Shown: positions 11,001 to 19,205, numbered from the stretch's first letter. The stretch is 64,000 nt of DNA from a virus (IMGVR_UViG_3300031920_000341:80267-144266); one strand, 5' to 3'. Numbers and translations: made by a program. Notes: a model not told the origin generated them from the sequence alone.

Positions 11001-11178
11001 CACCTAATGCTTCTTTACCGGCAGCATCAATAAGAAATGGGTAATGTTGACCAACATCAGAATCTTCCCAAGCACGTATAGCATTAATTAATTCTTGTAC
11101 TGAAACATCAGTAACAGGAGATAATACTTCTATAATTCTAGGACTTAAATATGGATATACTTCTATATTAACAGCCAT
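8077..11178 (-). CDS. Putative virion fibre/appendage protein with internal duplications, 1033 aa
   Basis: Gly/Thr/Asp-rich; two GTxYPIGTxExPSNNLxD modules; four (A/S)VW(D/N) motifs typical of phage fibres. Confidence 0.65.
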   Translation of the reverse strand: MAVNIEVYPYLSPRIIEVLSPVTDVSVQELINAIRAWEDSDVGQHYPFLIDAAGKEALGGGVTVGITATLQNARIMFTGRTTALDYGIGKTCDLTDPLGVHLYVDDADFIGDGIYEGCTVFNATTGAMAAVSIVTDANNINSFALSGGLSTAWTIGDSYFIYPNVQCNIAGGNLVAVDDVGAELPSVFQTPNVQVVRSSSSSATLQELGAIQYSSFDGGVWLSVGGIAGTAYPIGTPETPSNNLVDAHTIADDRGFTELNFLEDWTFTSADYIDHHHTLIGRGFNTSIFTFETGSTFLESAIKYATVTGEARGLSSFVECKFDDFFINNTSNLDIILTNCLVGGTTKISPTYTGTIYIVDSWSIPEVAISPIFNFNDTACSLQLRNYSGFITLINSTDNNDIRIFLTSGGVELDSTCTDGQVIITGVGTLIDNSGIGMTVETSALINKSTIAKAVWDEPIKDHLDHETFGHEMYHQAYDNKVVIDVINGSAGTLYPIGTHEYPSNNLADSLIIANIHEFPYIYIDGTLTISGGEDISGFTLTSASSFGNVVIVTDAITNNTYFENLTVSGTMNGSVRYTTCVLGDINEYDGGSKNCLLTGNIDIVGTGANYFTECDTYITDPTQPKEISVNNTLVNLIRCRGGYKITNKTSVSTLAIDMVGGTIIVDSTCTAGSVFIGGITEVTDNSSVGCVVDIRSLSHIAISESVWDEPLTGSTHNIATTAGRRLRQLSAHVIWEGTSRSLGAINNQIIFDVDAADYDGAYDPAIVSISEGTGMGQSRLILEYEGATRTATVDRNWKINPDDTSKFIIVGNPGREHVNEGLAQDATSTTITLNPLASSTDGTYIGQVIFIRSGYGDDQARRIIGYDGTTKIATVGSSWPVIPDSTSAYVILPTGTIKPDMISNSVWNAQLSEHTNVGSAGDSLANVSAGADPTLIAQAVWDADPDDFILETIGDKINVMNTNIRLVLGLTQHNFRIKDQVYNTSGSITSSTIVVYDTVADTNDDVNPLKEYLMTAEYDSEERITSYKVIEA

Positions 11179-11196
11179 TACTGTATTATGATATTT

Positions 11197-11382
11197 TTAT
11201 CTTTCAGCTTTAATTACAATATTTGAATTTGCGATCAGCTCTTTCTTTTTAATAACTTCAATCATATCATAATACTCAGTAATAGTATTTCTTTCTTTTT
11301 CGATAGCTTTCTCGAAAATTATAATATTCTTTTTACAAGCCTCTATTCCATTTATTAAGGAATCTGTGTTATAATCTGGCAT
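11197..11382 (-). CDS. Small coiled-coil hypothetical protein, 61 aa
   Basis: ORF in operon, promoter-like motif at 11413-11440. Confidence 0.6.
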   Translation of the reverse strand: MPDYNTDSLINGIEACKKNIIIFEKAIEKERNTITEYYDMIEVIKKKELIANSNIVIKAER

Positions 11383-11442
11383 AATATTAAAATCTTTTTA
11401 TTATTTATGTAAATTATACGGAAATATAATTGTAAGTTTTAT

Positions 11443-11778
11443 TTAGACAGGATTATAGTTTAAATCTTTTTCCATTACAATTTTTAATTCAAAAACTGGC
11501 GGGAATACAGTATGCTTTGTACTAAAGTTAACATATCGTTCTTTACCTGGAATAGTTTTTCTACATCTTATTTCAATATCAGTACTGCTATCAATTGGTA
11601 AATTAATATTAACCTTTTCATCTTCGGTTATTTTAGAAAATAGTTTAGATTTATCTTCCATTTTATAAATAGCTACTTCTACACCAGATAAATATTCTCC
11701 AACAATATCTCTTATATGTAAAATAATATTACTTGAACTGTGTGTTGGAGCATTCTTTGTATATTTTCTTCTTGACAT
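11443..11778 (-). CDS. Stand-alone Ig/carboxypeptidase-regulatory-like domain protein, 111 aa
   Basis: Aligns by eye to the C-terminal domain of the adjacent 540-aa protein. Confidence 0.6.
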   Translation of the reverse strand: MSRRKYTKNAPTHSSSNIILHIRDIVGEYLSGVEVAIYKMEDKSKLFSKITEDEKVNINLPIDSSTDIEIRCRKTIPGKERYVNFSTKHTVFPPVFELKIVMEKDLNYNPV

Positions 11779-11793
11779 AGTAATGTTTTATTT

Positions 11794-13416
11794 TTAATTA
11801 TCTGCATTATTATTTGGATCTACAATCATAGTAACACTTAATGATAATCCTGTGGTTGCTGCAATAGTTTGGTTTGAACTGTAATTTATATATTTTGTTG
11901 CACCCAAAGATGCTTTACGTATCCATACTCTAACTATTCTTGGTGTTGATCCTGTATATGCATAAGTAACTTCTCCATTAATATCAGTATCTTGATTGAC
12001 AAGTTCAGTATCATCGTCATTTGTATATATACCAACTAACGCACCTGATATAACTACACCAGCAGCATCCTTTACAATAATTTTTACTGGTACTGAACCA
12101 GTTATTGTTGTAGTTGCACTTGTTCCATTGTTATATGTTGGTACGGTTCCAGTTCCTACTCCAATTGTTACTGCACCACCACTATTATTGTATATAGCTG
12201 CATTAGTTGTTAAATTTGCACCATATCCAGTAAAAGTACATCCAATTAAAGAGAATGATCCTCCTGCATGTGCTGATGTTAATTCAATTGCATATCCAGT
12301 TCCATCACTAGTAAAATCACAATATGTGATATTATCTAAATCATCAACTAACATAGCAATACCAGTTGGTTCTTCAAATAGACATCCTTCTAAAATAGCA
12401 GATCCTTGTGTAACTAATCCACATCTTCTAAATGTTGTATCAAGTAATTCACTATTAGATTGAAAAATAAATGTACTCATGTCTGTGAATACGCAGGTAT
12501 CTATTGCAAATATAGCGTTATCAATTACTTCTAATTGACCTGCTGACACAGTTCCCAGTGAAGTTATGTTTATATTTGTCCATTCAACATTAGATGAAAC
12601 ATGATGTATTTCTATTCTATTAAAGGCAGATGTAACATTAATAGTATTAGCGAATGTTATATTTCTATTCGCATCTCTAAAATCTACTGATGTTCCAGTC
12701 AGACCTATTGACATTAATCCCATTGCACTATATCCACCTTCTACTGGATCAAGTAAACTCCATTTATTAGTTGACGTAGCATCTACTGCTCCAAACCCTA
12801 AGAATGTTGCATATCCATTTGCTAAATCACCATCTGTATATTGTGCAATACATCTTCCGTATCTTATTGCATTACAAGCATGAGGATTACCCCTCGCTTG
12901 TGCTAATGCTCCAACTGCTCCACCAACTGTTGTATAAGGGCTAGCAGCTCCTGTACCAACGGTATCATCAGCTGTCCCTACTGCTGGATTAAGGGCGTAA
13001 GTAGTCCACCCGCCTTTAGGTGCTGGTTTAAAATCACTACCTGAACAGTTCCATGCACTAAAATCACCAAATCCATTACCTAATAATGTTTTTACGCCAC
13101 CGTTTGCTAAAGTGTTTAATGCTGGCGGAGCTGCCCATAAATGATGTAGTAATACTGCCCCGTCTGTTGGGATAGTCCAAGTTGTACCATGTACATACAT
13201 TATGGTAGCTGGTCCAGTCGTACCAGTACCATTACTATCTTTAGTCATTTGTGCAGATACACATTCTGTATTGTTGTAGTAAAGGTTTTGATCATCTACC
13301 ATTGCACCACCAGTATCCCAGCCAGCATCAGAACTTTCATCCCAAGTGCCAGTATCCACATTTAGATCACCAGTAGCAATTGTTGTTAAATCTGTTGTAT
13401 AACTTGGTGCTGCCAT
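11794..13416 (-). CDS. Putative virion protein with beta-helix region and C-terminal Ig-like domain, 540 aa
   Basis: Beta-helix-like repeats (TCVFTDM, TTFRRCG, GCLFEE, YCDFTS, GCTFTG); C-terminal VKIIVKDAAG...GALVGIY. Confidence 0.65.
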   Translation of the reverse strand: MAAPSYTTDLTTIATGDLNVDTGTWDESSDAGWDTGGAMVDDQNLYYNNTECVSAQMTKDSNGTGTTGPATIMYVHGTTWTIPTDGAVLLHHLWAAPPALNTLANGGVKTLLGNGFGDFSAWNCSGSDFKPAPKGGWTTYALNPAVGTADDTVGTGAASPYTTVGGAVGALAQARGNPHACNAIRYGRCIAQYTDGDLANGYATFLGFGAVDATSTNKWSLLDPVEGGYSAMGLMSIGLTGTSVDFRDANRNITFANTINVTSAFNRIEIHHVSSNVEWTNINITSLGTVSAGQLEVIDNAIFAIDTCVFTDMSTFIFQSNSELLDTTFRRCGLVTQGSAILEGCLFEEPTGIAMLVDDLDNITYCDFTSDGTGYAIELTSAHAGGSFSLIGCTFTGYGANLTTNAAIYNNSGGAVTIGVGTGTVPTYNNGTSATTTITGSVPVKIIVKDAAGVVISGALVGIYTNDDDTELVNQDTDINGEVTYAYTGSTPRIVRVWIRKASLGATKYINYSSNQTIAATTGLSLSVTMIVDPNNNADN

Positions 13417-13450
13417 TTATTCATTTAATTTTTTAATATACCTTTACATT

Positions 13451-13479
13451 AAAAAAGTGCTCTAATATTAGAACACTTT
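13451..13479 (-). terminator. Intrinsic terminator
   Basis: AAAGTGTTCTA-ATAT-TAGAGCACTTT followed by TTT on the minus strand. Confidence 0.65.
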
Positions 13480-13518
13480 CATTATTAATAATTTCAAAAA
13501 TAACATTGTATTCATACA

Positions 13519-13677
13519 TTATTCACCTTTAAATGAGTTAAAGTTATTATTGATATATTTTGCTATGTAAATTTTACCATCTCTAAAAAACACAGTATCA
13601 GATGGACCAAAACCCTTAGGAATTGATCCGATCTTTTTAACTGTTTTTTCATTAATAGCTTTCTTTGATTTTGCCAT
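13519..13677 (-). CDS. Small basic hypothetical protein, 52 aa (not in ORF track)
   Basis: MAKSKKAINEKTVKKIGSIPKGFGPSDTVFFRDGKIYIAKYINNNFNSFKGE fills the gap between the 821-aa gene and the terminator. Confidence 0.5.
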   Translation of the reverse strand: MAKSKKAINEKTVKKIGSIPKGFGPSDTVFFRDGKIYIAKYINNNFNSFKGE

Positions 13678-13711
13678 ATGAATTTATTATTTTTACCACA
13701 TTAAATATGGA

Positions 13712-16177
13712 TTATTGTATAATAGTATCTGCGGTACGAATTGTTGCAACCGATACGTCAGATCCAGTTGTTGTACCATCCACACTAAATGGTTTTATTT
13801 TAATAGTTGCTCTAGTATTTCTAACCTTTGCTCTATAGTAAATTTGACTAGCATATGTAACAGATACACTTTCTTGATCGGTTGTTGCGATTCTATCAAT
13901 AAACGGAACATAAACTTTATCAGCGGCATCAATTAATATAGGAGATGTGTTAATCTCATATGTATCTAAGTTTGCTACTGCTCCACCTAACGTGCTTTCA
14001 AATGTTAATTGAATATCGCTATCAACAGTTTTAACGTGAACACTTTCTCCATTTACGGTTACAAGGTCACCTCTGAAAACGTTACCATCAAATCCTCCAC
14101 CTGAATCGATTAGAGTTGTAGTTGAACCACCAGTTGCCGTACCAGTAATTTCATCTAATGTAAATACTAAACCAGTCCATGATGAATATCTTAATTTATA
14201 TTCTGCGCCATTATCTGAAATATCAACTAATACTAGTGTTCCACCACCAGATTTACCAACAGTATCTTGTGTAATAGATGCACCAACTGTTATAGAATTT
14301 GCTCCAACTGCTTCACCGCCGTCACATGCATATTCAGTCTTATCAATATCAGCTCCAGCTCCAGTTAATCTAAAGATAGAAACTCTATCATGAAGATTAG
14401 AAGTTTCTAGTCCTCCTACTAAATTAGTAACAGTCATAGTGATTGATGGTGGACGTTCCTTTGTACCACCTTCGATTGGAGTAAGAATGAATGAGTTAGC
14501 GTCAGCTGCTAAATAATTAGTTAAAAGAACTCCACGAGCGCCAAAGAATGTTCCTCCAGCAAATGTTCCTAATGGAGATGCTGTTTTGGGAGCAAACGTT
14601 GATACTGAGGTTGGAGTAAAGTTTCCACCTTGTTCACTGGTTACTAATCCACTTGTATCAAATGTTCCTCTTGTATCTCTAAGTAATATTACTCTAGTAG
14701 CGTCATCTACATCATTAAATGCAATAATAACACCAGTTGCTCCGGTACCTGCTTGTGTAACATCATCGCCTTCTGCAATTGTTCCAGTAACAGCACCAGT
14801 CCATGCTAAATAAACTTCACCACCAATATAATCTTCTCCGTTAATACCGTCGAGATCAGATGTTGTTTCTCCATTACGAGTAGCATACTTAATCCATTCA
14901 TAAACTTCAGTTAATGGGTTATTTAAACAATCAATTGTAATACCGTAATTTTCATTTACACTATTATCATCAATATCAGCAGCTATATATGTAAATGCAG
15001 CAGTTGGTATAGAATTACTGGTAAACCAAGTAGATAAACTTGGGCCTGCAGCACTAGGTGCTCCAATTCCAGTACCTGTTGTAGCACTAGCTGAAATAGC
15101 TTCAGCTGCTGTGAAAGCAATTTGTGGATCATCAATAGAAATATAAGTTAATGATACTCCAGCATCTACAAATGTTACAATACCACGTGCGCCTGATGTA
15201 CCACCTAAGATGATATCACCTACTATAAAAGTTCCTGAACCTGCAGTATAAGTAATATTCCAAATACCAGATGAGTTATCGAGGTCAGCCGCAGTTTGTA
15301 ACGGAATAGGGTTACGTCCACCAGATGTCGTAGAACAAGCTACTTCAAAGGATGCATATAAGTCACCATATTTTCTCGCAAGTACTGTAATGTATCCATC
15401 ATCGATAATATCCCACGTTGACAATGTTATATCTTTTAATGCAACACATATATCAATGTGACCATTATCGTACCAGTCTTGTGTATTATCATTCCATGAG
15501 AATAATCTTACTCTATCACCGTCTGTAGCAACAGGACCTTGATATTGATAAAGGTGAACGTTTGGATCAATGGTACCAAGTGAATATAAATTAGCCCATA
15601 TTTGTTCTCCTGTTGTTGATGCTGCATTTTGAGTTGCTGTGAAAGCACCTCTTGAGGAAGTAATAACTCCAGCAGCTGTATTAAAATCATTTGCTAATGC
15701 ACTTGTTAGTGGTCTAATTACCAAATAATCTGTAGTTCCGCCAGTATCAATAAATTCTACTAATGTACCAACATCGCCATCAGCATGAGTCATAGTTAAA
15801 CCTTCATCATCGGCTGCGGTAATCGTACCACCAGAAGCAACTGGAACTACAAGAACACCTGCATTAGTATCTACTACCCAAGTCCAACCTGATGTTCTAA
15901 GTGCACCACCTGTGATATGTTCCATTAAATCAAATGTAATATACCAAGGTTCAGTATCACCCGTGTCAATTTTTCCGATTGTGTACTCAACTGGTGTTTC
16001 TGCAGAAAAGCAAGTACCATCATCAATAGTAGTTGTCTCATCAAGCAGAGTTGCCATAGCTGAATAAATTTCATTCATTGTGTAGGTTAGATTAGTTCCA
16101 CCTAACCAACTTAATCTCTTTTGTCTGTTATCTGCTAAATAATCGACTTGAATATCCGCATTTAAAATTGTAGCCAT
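13712..16177 (-). CDS. Putative virion structural/appendage protein, 821 aa
   Basis: Gly/Thr/Asp-rich all-beta composition; heads the minus-strand structural cassette. Confidence 0.65.
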   Translation of the reverse strand: MATILNADIQVDYLADNRQKRLSWLGGTNLTYTMNEIYSAMATLLDETTTIDDGTCFSAETPVEYTIGKIDTGDTEPWYITFDLMEHITGGALRTSGWTWVVDTNAGVLVVPVASGGTITAADDEGLTMTHADGDVGTLVEFIDTGGTTDYLVIRPLTSALANDFNTAAGVITSSRGAFTATQNAASTTGEQIWANLYSLGTIDPNVHLYQYQGPVATDGDRVRLFSWNDNTQDWYDNGHIDICVALKDITLSTWDIIDDGYITVLARKYGDLYASFEVACSTTSGGRNPIPLQTAADLDNSSGIWNITYTAGSGTFIVGDIILGGTSGARGIVTFVDAGVSLTYISIDDPQIAFTAAEAISASATTGTGIGAPSAAGPSLSTWFTSNSIPTAAFTYIAADIDDNSVNENYGITIDCLNNPLTEVYEWIKYATRNGETTSDLDGINGEDYIGGEVYLAWTGAVTGTIAEGDDVTQAGTGATGVIIAFNDVDDATRVILLRDTRGTFDTSGLVTSEQGGNFTPTSVSTFAPKTASPLGTFAGGTFFGARGVLLTNYLAADANSFILTPIEGGTKERPPSITMTVTNLVGGLETSNLHDRVSIFRLTGAGADIDKTEYACDGGEAVGANSITVGASITQDTVGKSGGGTLVLVDISDNGAEYKLRYSSWTGLVFTLDEITGTATGGSTTTLIDSGGGFDGNVFRGDLVTVNGESVHVKTVDSDIQLTFESTLGGAVANLDTYEINTSPILIDAADKVYVPFIDRIATTDQESVSVTYASQIYYRAKVRNTRATIKIKPFSVDGTTTGSDVSVATIRTADTIIQ

Positions 16178-16279
16178 TTTTCATTGTTATTTTTTTGTAT
16201 AAGCTAATGTTATAGATTTATTTATTTCTATTTTTTATACAATTTCTTAACAATACATCATTGGCTAAAACTTTTTATA

Positions 16280-16672
16280 TTATAAGAGTAGGTTTTTTGC
16301 GCAAATAGCTGCAATTTTACTATCATACTGACCAGGATAATTTTCGTTTAGGAAGTCCATGACGTCTCTTATGCTTCTAATAGTAGGATTTTCTAACTTT
16401 TCTATAAAATGCTTTATACGGGCATTTAATTCATCATTAGGTATCATTTTAGGAAGGTATAACTCAAGATATTTATTTTCTTCTTCGGTATTCGTTAATT
16501 TATTATTAGCAATCATCTTTTTAATGATTTTAATAATTTCAATATCAGTTGGATCTTTACCAATTTTATTATCAACTTCACCAAGTAGTGTTGATAATAC
16601 TAATCTCATTTCTTTATCACCATTCCGTAATGCAAAAAGTTTATGATCGGTAATCTTTTCTTTTAATGTCAT
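16280..16672 (-). CDS. yqeY: GatB/YqeY domain protein
   Basis: TLKEKI...ALRNGDKEMRLVLSTLLGEV...IIKIIKKM...ELYLPKM matches the YqeY pattern. Confidence 0.85.
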   Translation of the reverse strand: MTLKEKITDHKLFALRNGDKEMRLVLSTLLGEVDNKIGKDPTDIEIIKIIKKMIANNKLTNTEEENKYLELYLPKMIPNDELNARIKHFIEKLENPTIRSIRDVMDFLNENYPGQYDSKIAAICAKNLLL

Positions 16673-16700
16673 ATTTTATTTTTTTTTTTTAATATTCAAG

Positions 16701-16774
16701 GGTGCCAAAAAAGGCTCGAACTTTTACTTCTAGAACCACAATCTAGTGTGCTAACCAATTACACCAAAGGCACC
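16701..16774 (-). tRNA. trnH: tRNA-His (GUG), encoded G-1 and C73, no CCA
   Basis: Anticodon arm CTAGA-TTGTGGT-TCTAG; T-loop TTCGAGC; two U-U mismatches at the base of the acceptor stem. Confidence 0.85.
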
Positions 16775-16781
16775 ATATTAA

Positions 16782-17639
16782 TTAATAATAAATATGTTCT
16801 CTATCGCGATGATCAACCCAATACACCATTCCGCCTGTAAATATTCCACTTACACCAGTCATATTATTTACGGTACGACCAGCAAAACCTTCAGAGAACT
16901 CAAACCAACCAACTAGATCATCCATTCTTATTCCATCTGGATTTCCACATGACTTCATTGTTCCACCGCCATATAAGTATTCAATTTCAGTTTTATGTAG
17001 ATTTCTATCATATATTAATACATTATCAATTATTCCTTTAAATGTATATAATTGAACATCATTTTTAGTACCAATCCAAAATGGTTTTATATTACCAAGT
17101 GGTTCAGTATGGCTTTCTATATTTATTGATGCGACAATTTGTCCATCTATCCAAATTGCGGCATATTCTAGTATATTATCACTTTCACGATATATTGTGA
17201 ATCCAATAAAATGATCTTTGCCATCATTTATTGAAAATTCTTCTGGACTAAGGACATTTTCAGTAGAACGCCCATTTAACTTAACCATCAATTTTAATTG
17301 ACCTCTACTATTCATTTGTAATCTAACATTATTATAATAATCAGTATTAAAATCTGATAAAATATATCCATATGGATAATCGCTTACTGTTGAAACCCAA
17401 CAAAACCAAGAAAATGAACCATAATAAGTATTGATTATTGCAGTATTAACATAACCCAAATCAACCAATCCAATACCACTATAATTCATTTCAACATACT
17501 TATCTTCTGATTGAGGCTGTGATTTAATATTAAATGAATCAGGTTCAATAATTATTTGATATTGAGCTGATGTACTATAATTAAATTGTAACATGATTAC
17601 AATTATAATCAGTAAATAATTTCTAAATTTTTTCATCAT
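16782..17639 (-). CDS. Secreted LamG/concanavalin-A-like domain protein
   Basis: Signal peptide MMKKFRNYLLIIIVIMLQF; DGKDHFIG...IWIDGQ...FWIG...FKGIIDNVLIYDRNL LamG signature. Confidence 0.8.
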   Translation of the reverse strand: MMKKFRNYLLIIIVIMLQFNYSTSAQYQIIIEPDSFNIKSQPQSEDKYVEMNYSGIGLVDLGYVNTAIINTYYGSFSWFCWVSTVSDYPYGYILSDFNTDYYNNVRLQMNSRGQLKLMVKLNGRSTENVLSPEEFSINDGKDHFIGFTIYRESDNILEYAAIWIDGQIVASINIESHTEPLGNIKPFWIGTKNDVQLYTFKGIIDNVLIYDRNLHKTEIEYLYGGGTMKSCGNPDGIRMDDLVGWFEFSEGFAGRTVNNMTGVSGIFTGGMVYWVDHRDREHIYY

Positions 17640-17901
17640 TTATAATTTTTGATATTATTTGTTTATTAATGTCAGAAGATAATATTTCTACGTTTTTTCC
17701 TGGAAAATCTAGAGATTTCCATCCATTATTTGGATCACCTAAAATAATTGCACCACGTTCAACAGATTCTTGAAATGTTTTAAAATCTGGATCGCCACAA
17801 CTACATTTATCTGTATGGCCACAATAACATAGCTTACCTTCTTCAGACTTAGTTGTTTTTCTAAGTATAAGCCAATCTTTATAGTCTTGTACTGTTATCA
17901 T
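17623..17901 (-). CDS. Hypothetical protein with CxCx5CxC motif (probable start MITVQDY at 17901)
   Basis: LCYCGHTDKCSCGDPD; the track's longer start lies deep inside the upstream ORF. Confidence 0.6.
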   Translation of the reverse strand: MITVQDYKDWLILRKTTKSEEGKLCYCGHTDKCSCGDPDFKTFQESVERGAIILGDPNNGWKSLDFPGKNVEILSSDINKQIISKIINDEKI

Positions 17902-18199
17902 AATTAAAATGCGTTTTACCTGGTTTAGGTTCCCATTCAAACCATTGCCAACTTGGTTTAATATAATAACACTTGTTGTTTTCATCAACAATCTTATGTG
18001 CATTATATTTACCAACATGTAACTTTTGTGGATTTGAAATTATTAAATTCTTGCCATTTGGATATACATATTCCCTATAATATTCATCAGAAATATCTGT
18101 AAATTCTAATCCACTCTGATTAATAAATTTAAATTCCTTTGGTGTAATATCATCAAATGCTTTTTCTTTAAGCTGTTTAAAAAATGTTCTTATATTCAT
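17879..18199 (-). CDS. Hypothetical protein, 106 aa
   Basis: ORF directly downstream of tRNA-Trp. Confidence 0.65.
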   Translation of the reverse strand: MNIRTFFKQLKEKAFDDITPKEFKFINQSGLEFTDISDEYYREYVYPNGKNLIISNPQKLHVGKYNAHKIVDENNKCYYIKPSWQWFEWEPKPGKTHFNYDNSTRL

Positions 18200-18224
18200 T
18201 ATTTAGTTTATTAGTTTAAAATTG

Positions 18225-18297
18225 CACGTATGACAGGCTTCGATCCCGTGACATCCACTTTTGGAGAGTGGCACTCTACCAGCTGAGTTACATACGT
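18225..18297 (-). tRNA. trnW: tRNA-Trp (CCA)
   Basis: ACGTATG acceptor stem; anticodon arm CCACT-CTCCAAA-AGTGG; no encoded CCA end. Confidence 0.9.
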
Positions 18298-18300
18298 ATA

Positions 18301-18792
18301 TTATTTTTTAATCCATATCTTCATTTTTTGTGGCGCTCTTGATTTTCCACCAAAATAAGGTCTTAACCAAAATCCCCAATTTTTATCATGTGTTTCAAAT
18401 ACTTCAACACTATTAGGATCCACATTTGTATTTAAGATATAACTTTCGCCATTTATTGTAATATAAATTATAAACCATTTATTAGTTTTAACATCACAAA
18501 GAAATTCTTTTTGATATCCTTCTTGACTTCCATCATACCAATAAGCATATAACTTAATAATATCTTTTTTATCAAAATCAGGTTGCCATCCAACACGTAT
18601 TGAGTTATTATGATGATCAAACCCAAATCCTAATCCACATAATTTATTAATTCCAGTAAATTCAACATTTTCTCTTTCATACCAACAATTTTTATCAAAT
18701 TTAATGTTAAAATGCGCATCAGTTATATTAACGTGTGGTTTTATAAAGAACGGAAAACTGTAATGTAAACCTTTTAATATTGTAAATTTCAT
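18301..18792 (-). CDS. Hypothetical aromatic-rich beta protein, 163 aa
   Basis: ORF between tRNA-Ser(GCU) and tRNA-Trp; promoter-like motif at 18829-18857. Confidence 0.75.
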   Translation of the reverse strand: MKFTILKGLHYSFPFFIKPHVNITDAHFNIKFDKNCWYERENVEFTGINKLCGLGFGFDHHNNSIRVGWQPDFDKKDIIKLYAYWYDGSQEGYQKEFLCDVKTNKWFIIYITINGESYILNTNVDPNSVEVFETHDKNWGFWLRPYFGGKSRAPQKMKIWIKK

Positions 18793-18860
18793 TCATATTG
18801 ATTATTTTTACTGCATTATTAATTATAAATTATACGAACTTTAATATTAAAGTTTTAAGT

Positions 18861-18944
18861 GGAAGGTGAGAGGATCGAACTCTCGCAAGTGTTACCTTGT
18901 CTCAGATTAGCAATCTGGCCCGTTACCACTCCGGCAACCTTCCA
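18861..18944 (-). tRNA. trnS: tRNA-Ser (GCU), type II
   Basis: GGAAGGT/ACCTTCC acceptor; loop TTGCTAA; long variable arm; C27-A43 mismatch and A73. Confidence 0.9.
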
Positions 18945-18981
18945 TATTTAACTGTATTTTTCAAAGAACTTTATTATAAAG

Positions 18982-19064
18982 CGGAAAGTAAACGAATCGA
19001 ACGCTCATCTGTAACGATGGCCTGGATTTCAAGTCCAGTTAGACACCATTGTCTGCTACCTTCC
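18982..19064 (-). tRNA. trnS: tRNA-Ser (UGA), type II
   Basis: GGAAGGT/ACTTTCC acceptor; CTGGA-CTTGAAA-TCCAG; long variable arm; G73. Confidence 0.9.
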
Positions 19065-19070
19065 ATAAAT

Positions 19071-19101
19071 AAAAAAACCGAGACTAATAAAGACTCGGTT
19101 T
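19071..19101 (-). terminator. Intrinsic terminator immediately upstream of tRNA-Ser(UGA); attenuator 3:4 hairpin
   Basis: AAACCGAG-T-CT-TTATT-AG-T-CTCGGTTT with a U7 tract ending 6 nt before the tRNA 5' end. Confidence 0.85.
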
Positions 19102-19149
19102 GTAAAAAGTATGATTAAAAATAAAAATTAAGCATTACTTGGCCGAGTC
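19092..19149 (-). promoter_or_regulatory. Antiterminator (2:3) pairing GACTCGG (19149-19143) with CCGAGTC (19098-19092)
   Basis: 7-bp GC-rich complement in otherwise AT-rich DNA that competes for the terminator 5' arm. Confidence 0.7.
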
Positions 19150-19205
19150 GCAAATATGTGACTAGATGAACTGGACCAACTGTGTATGTATAATATTTTT
19201 CTCAT
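19128..19205 (-). CDS. Putative attenuator leader peptide MRKILYIHSWSSSSSHIFATRPSNA (25 aa)
   Basis: ATG at 19205, TAA at 19128; codons 8-16 are CAC AGT TGG TCC AGT TCA TCT AGT CAC. Confidence 0.75.
   Translation of the reverse strand: MRKILYIHSWSSSSSHIFATRPSNA

Noticed and set aside
17902-18018. N-terminal extension of ORF 17623..18018
   Set aside because: Overlaps the upstream 106-aa gene; ATG at 17901 is more plausible.
18897-19118. 73-aa plus-strand ORF in the track
   Set aside because: It is antisense to two tRNA-Ser genes and the terminator; spurious.
19071-19205. T-box or ligand riboswitch explanation for the tRNA leader
   Set aside because: No T-box bulge or recognisable aptamer; the translated-leader model fits the codon content better.
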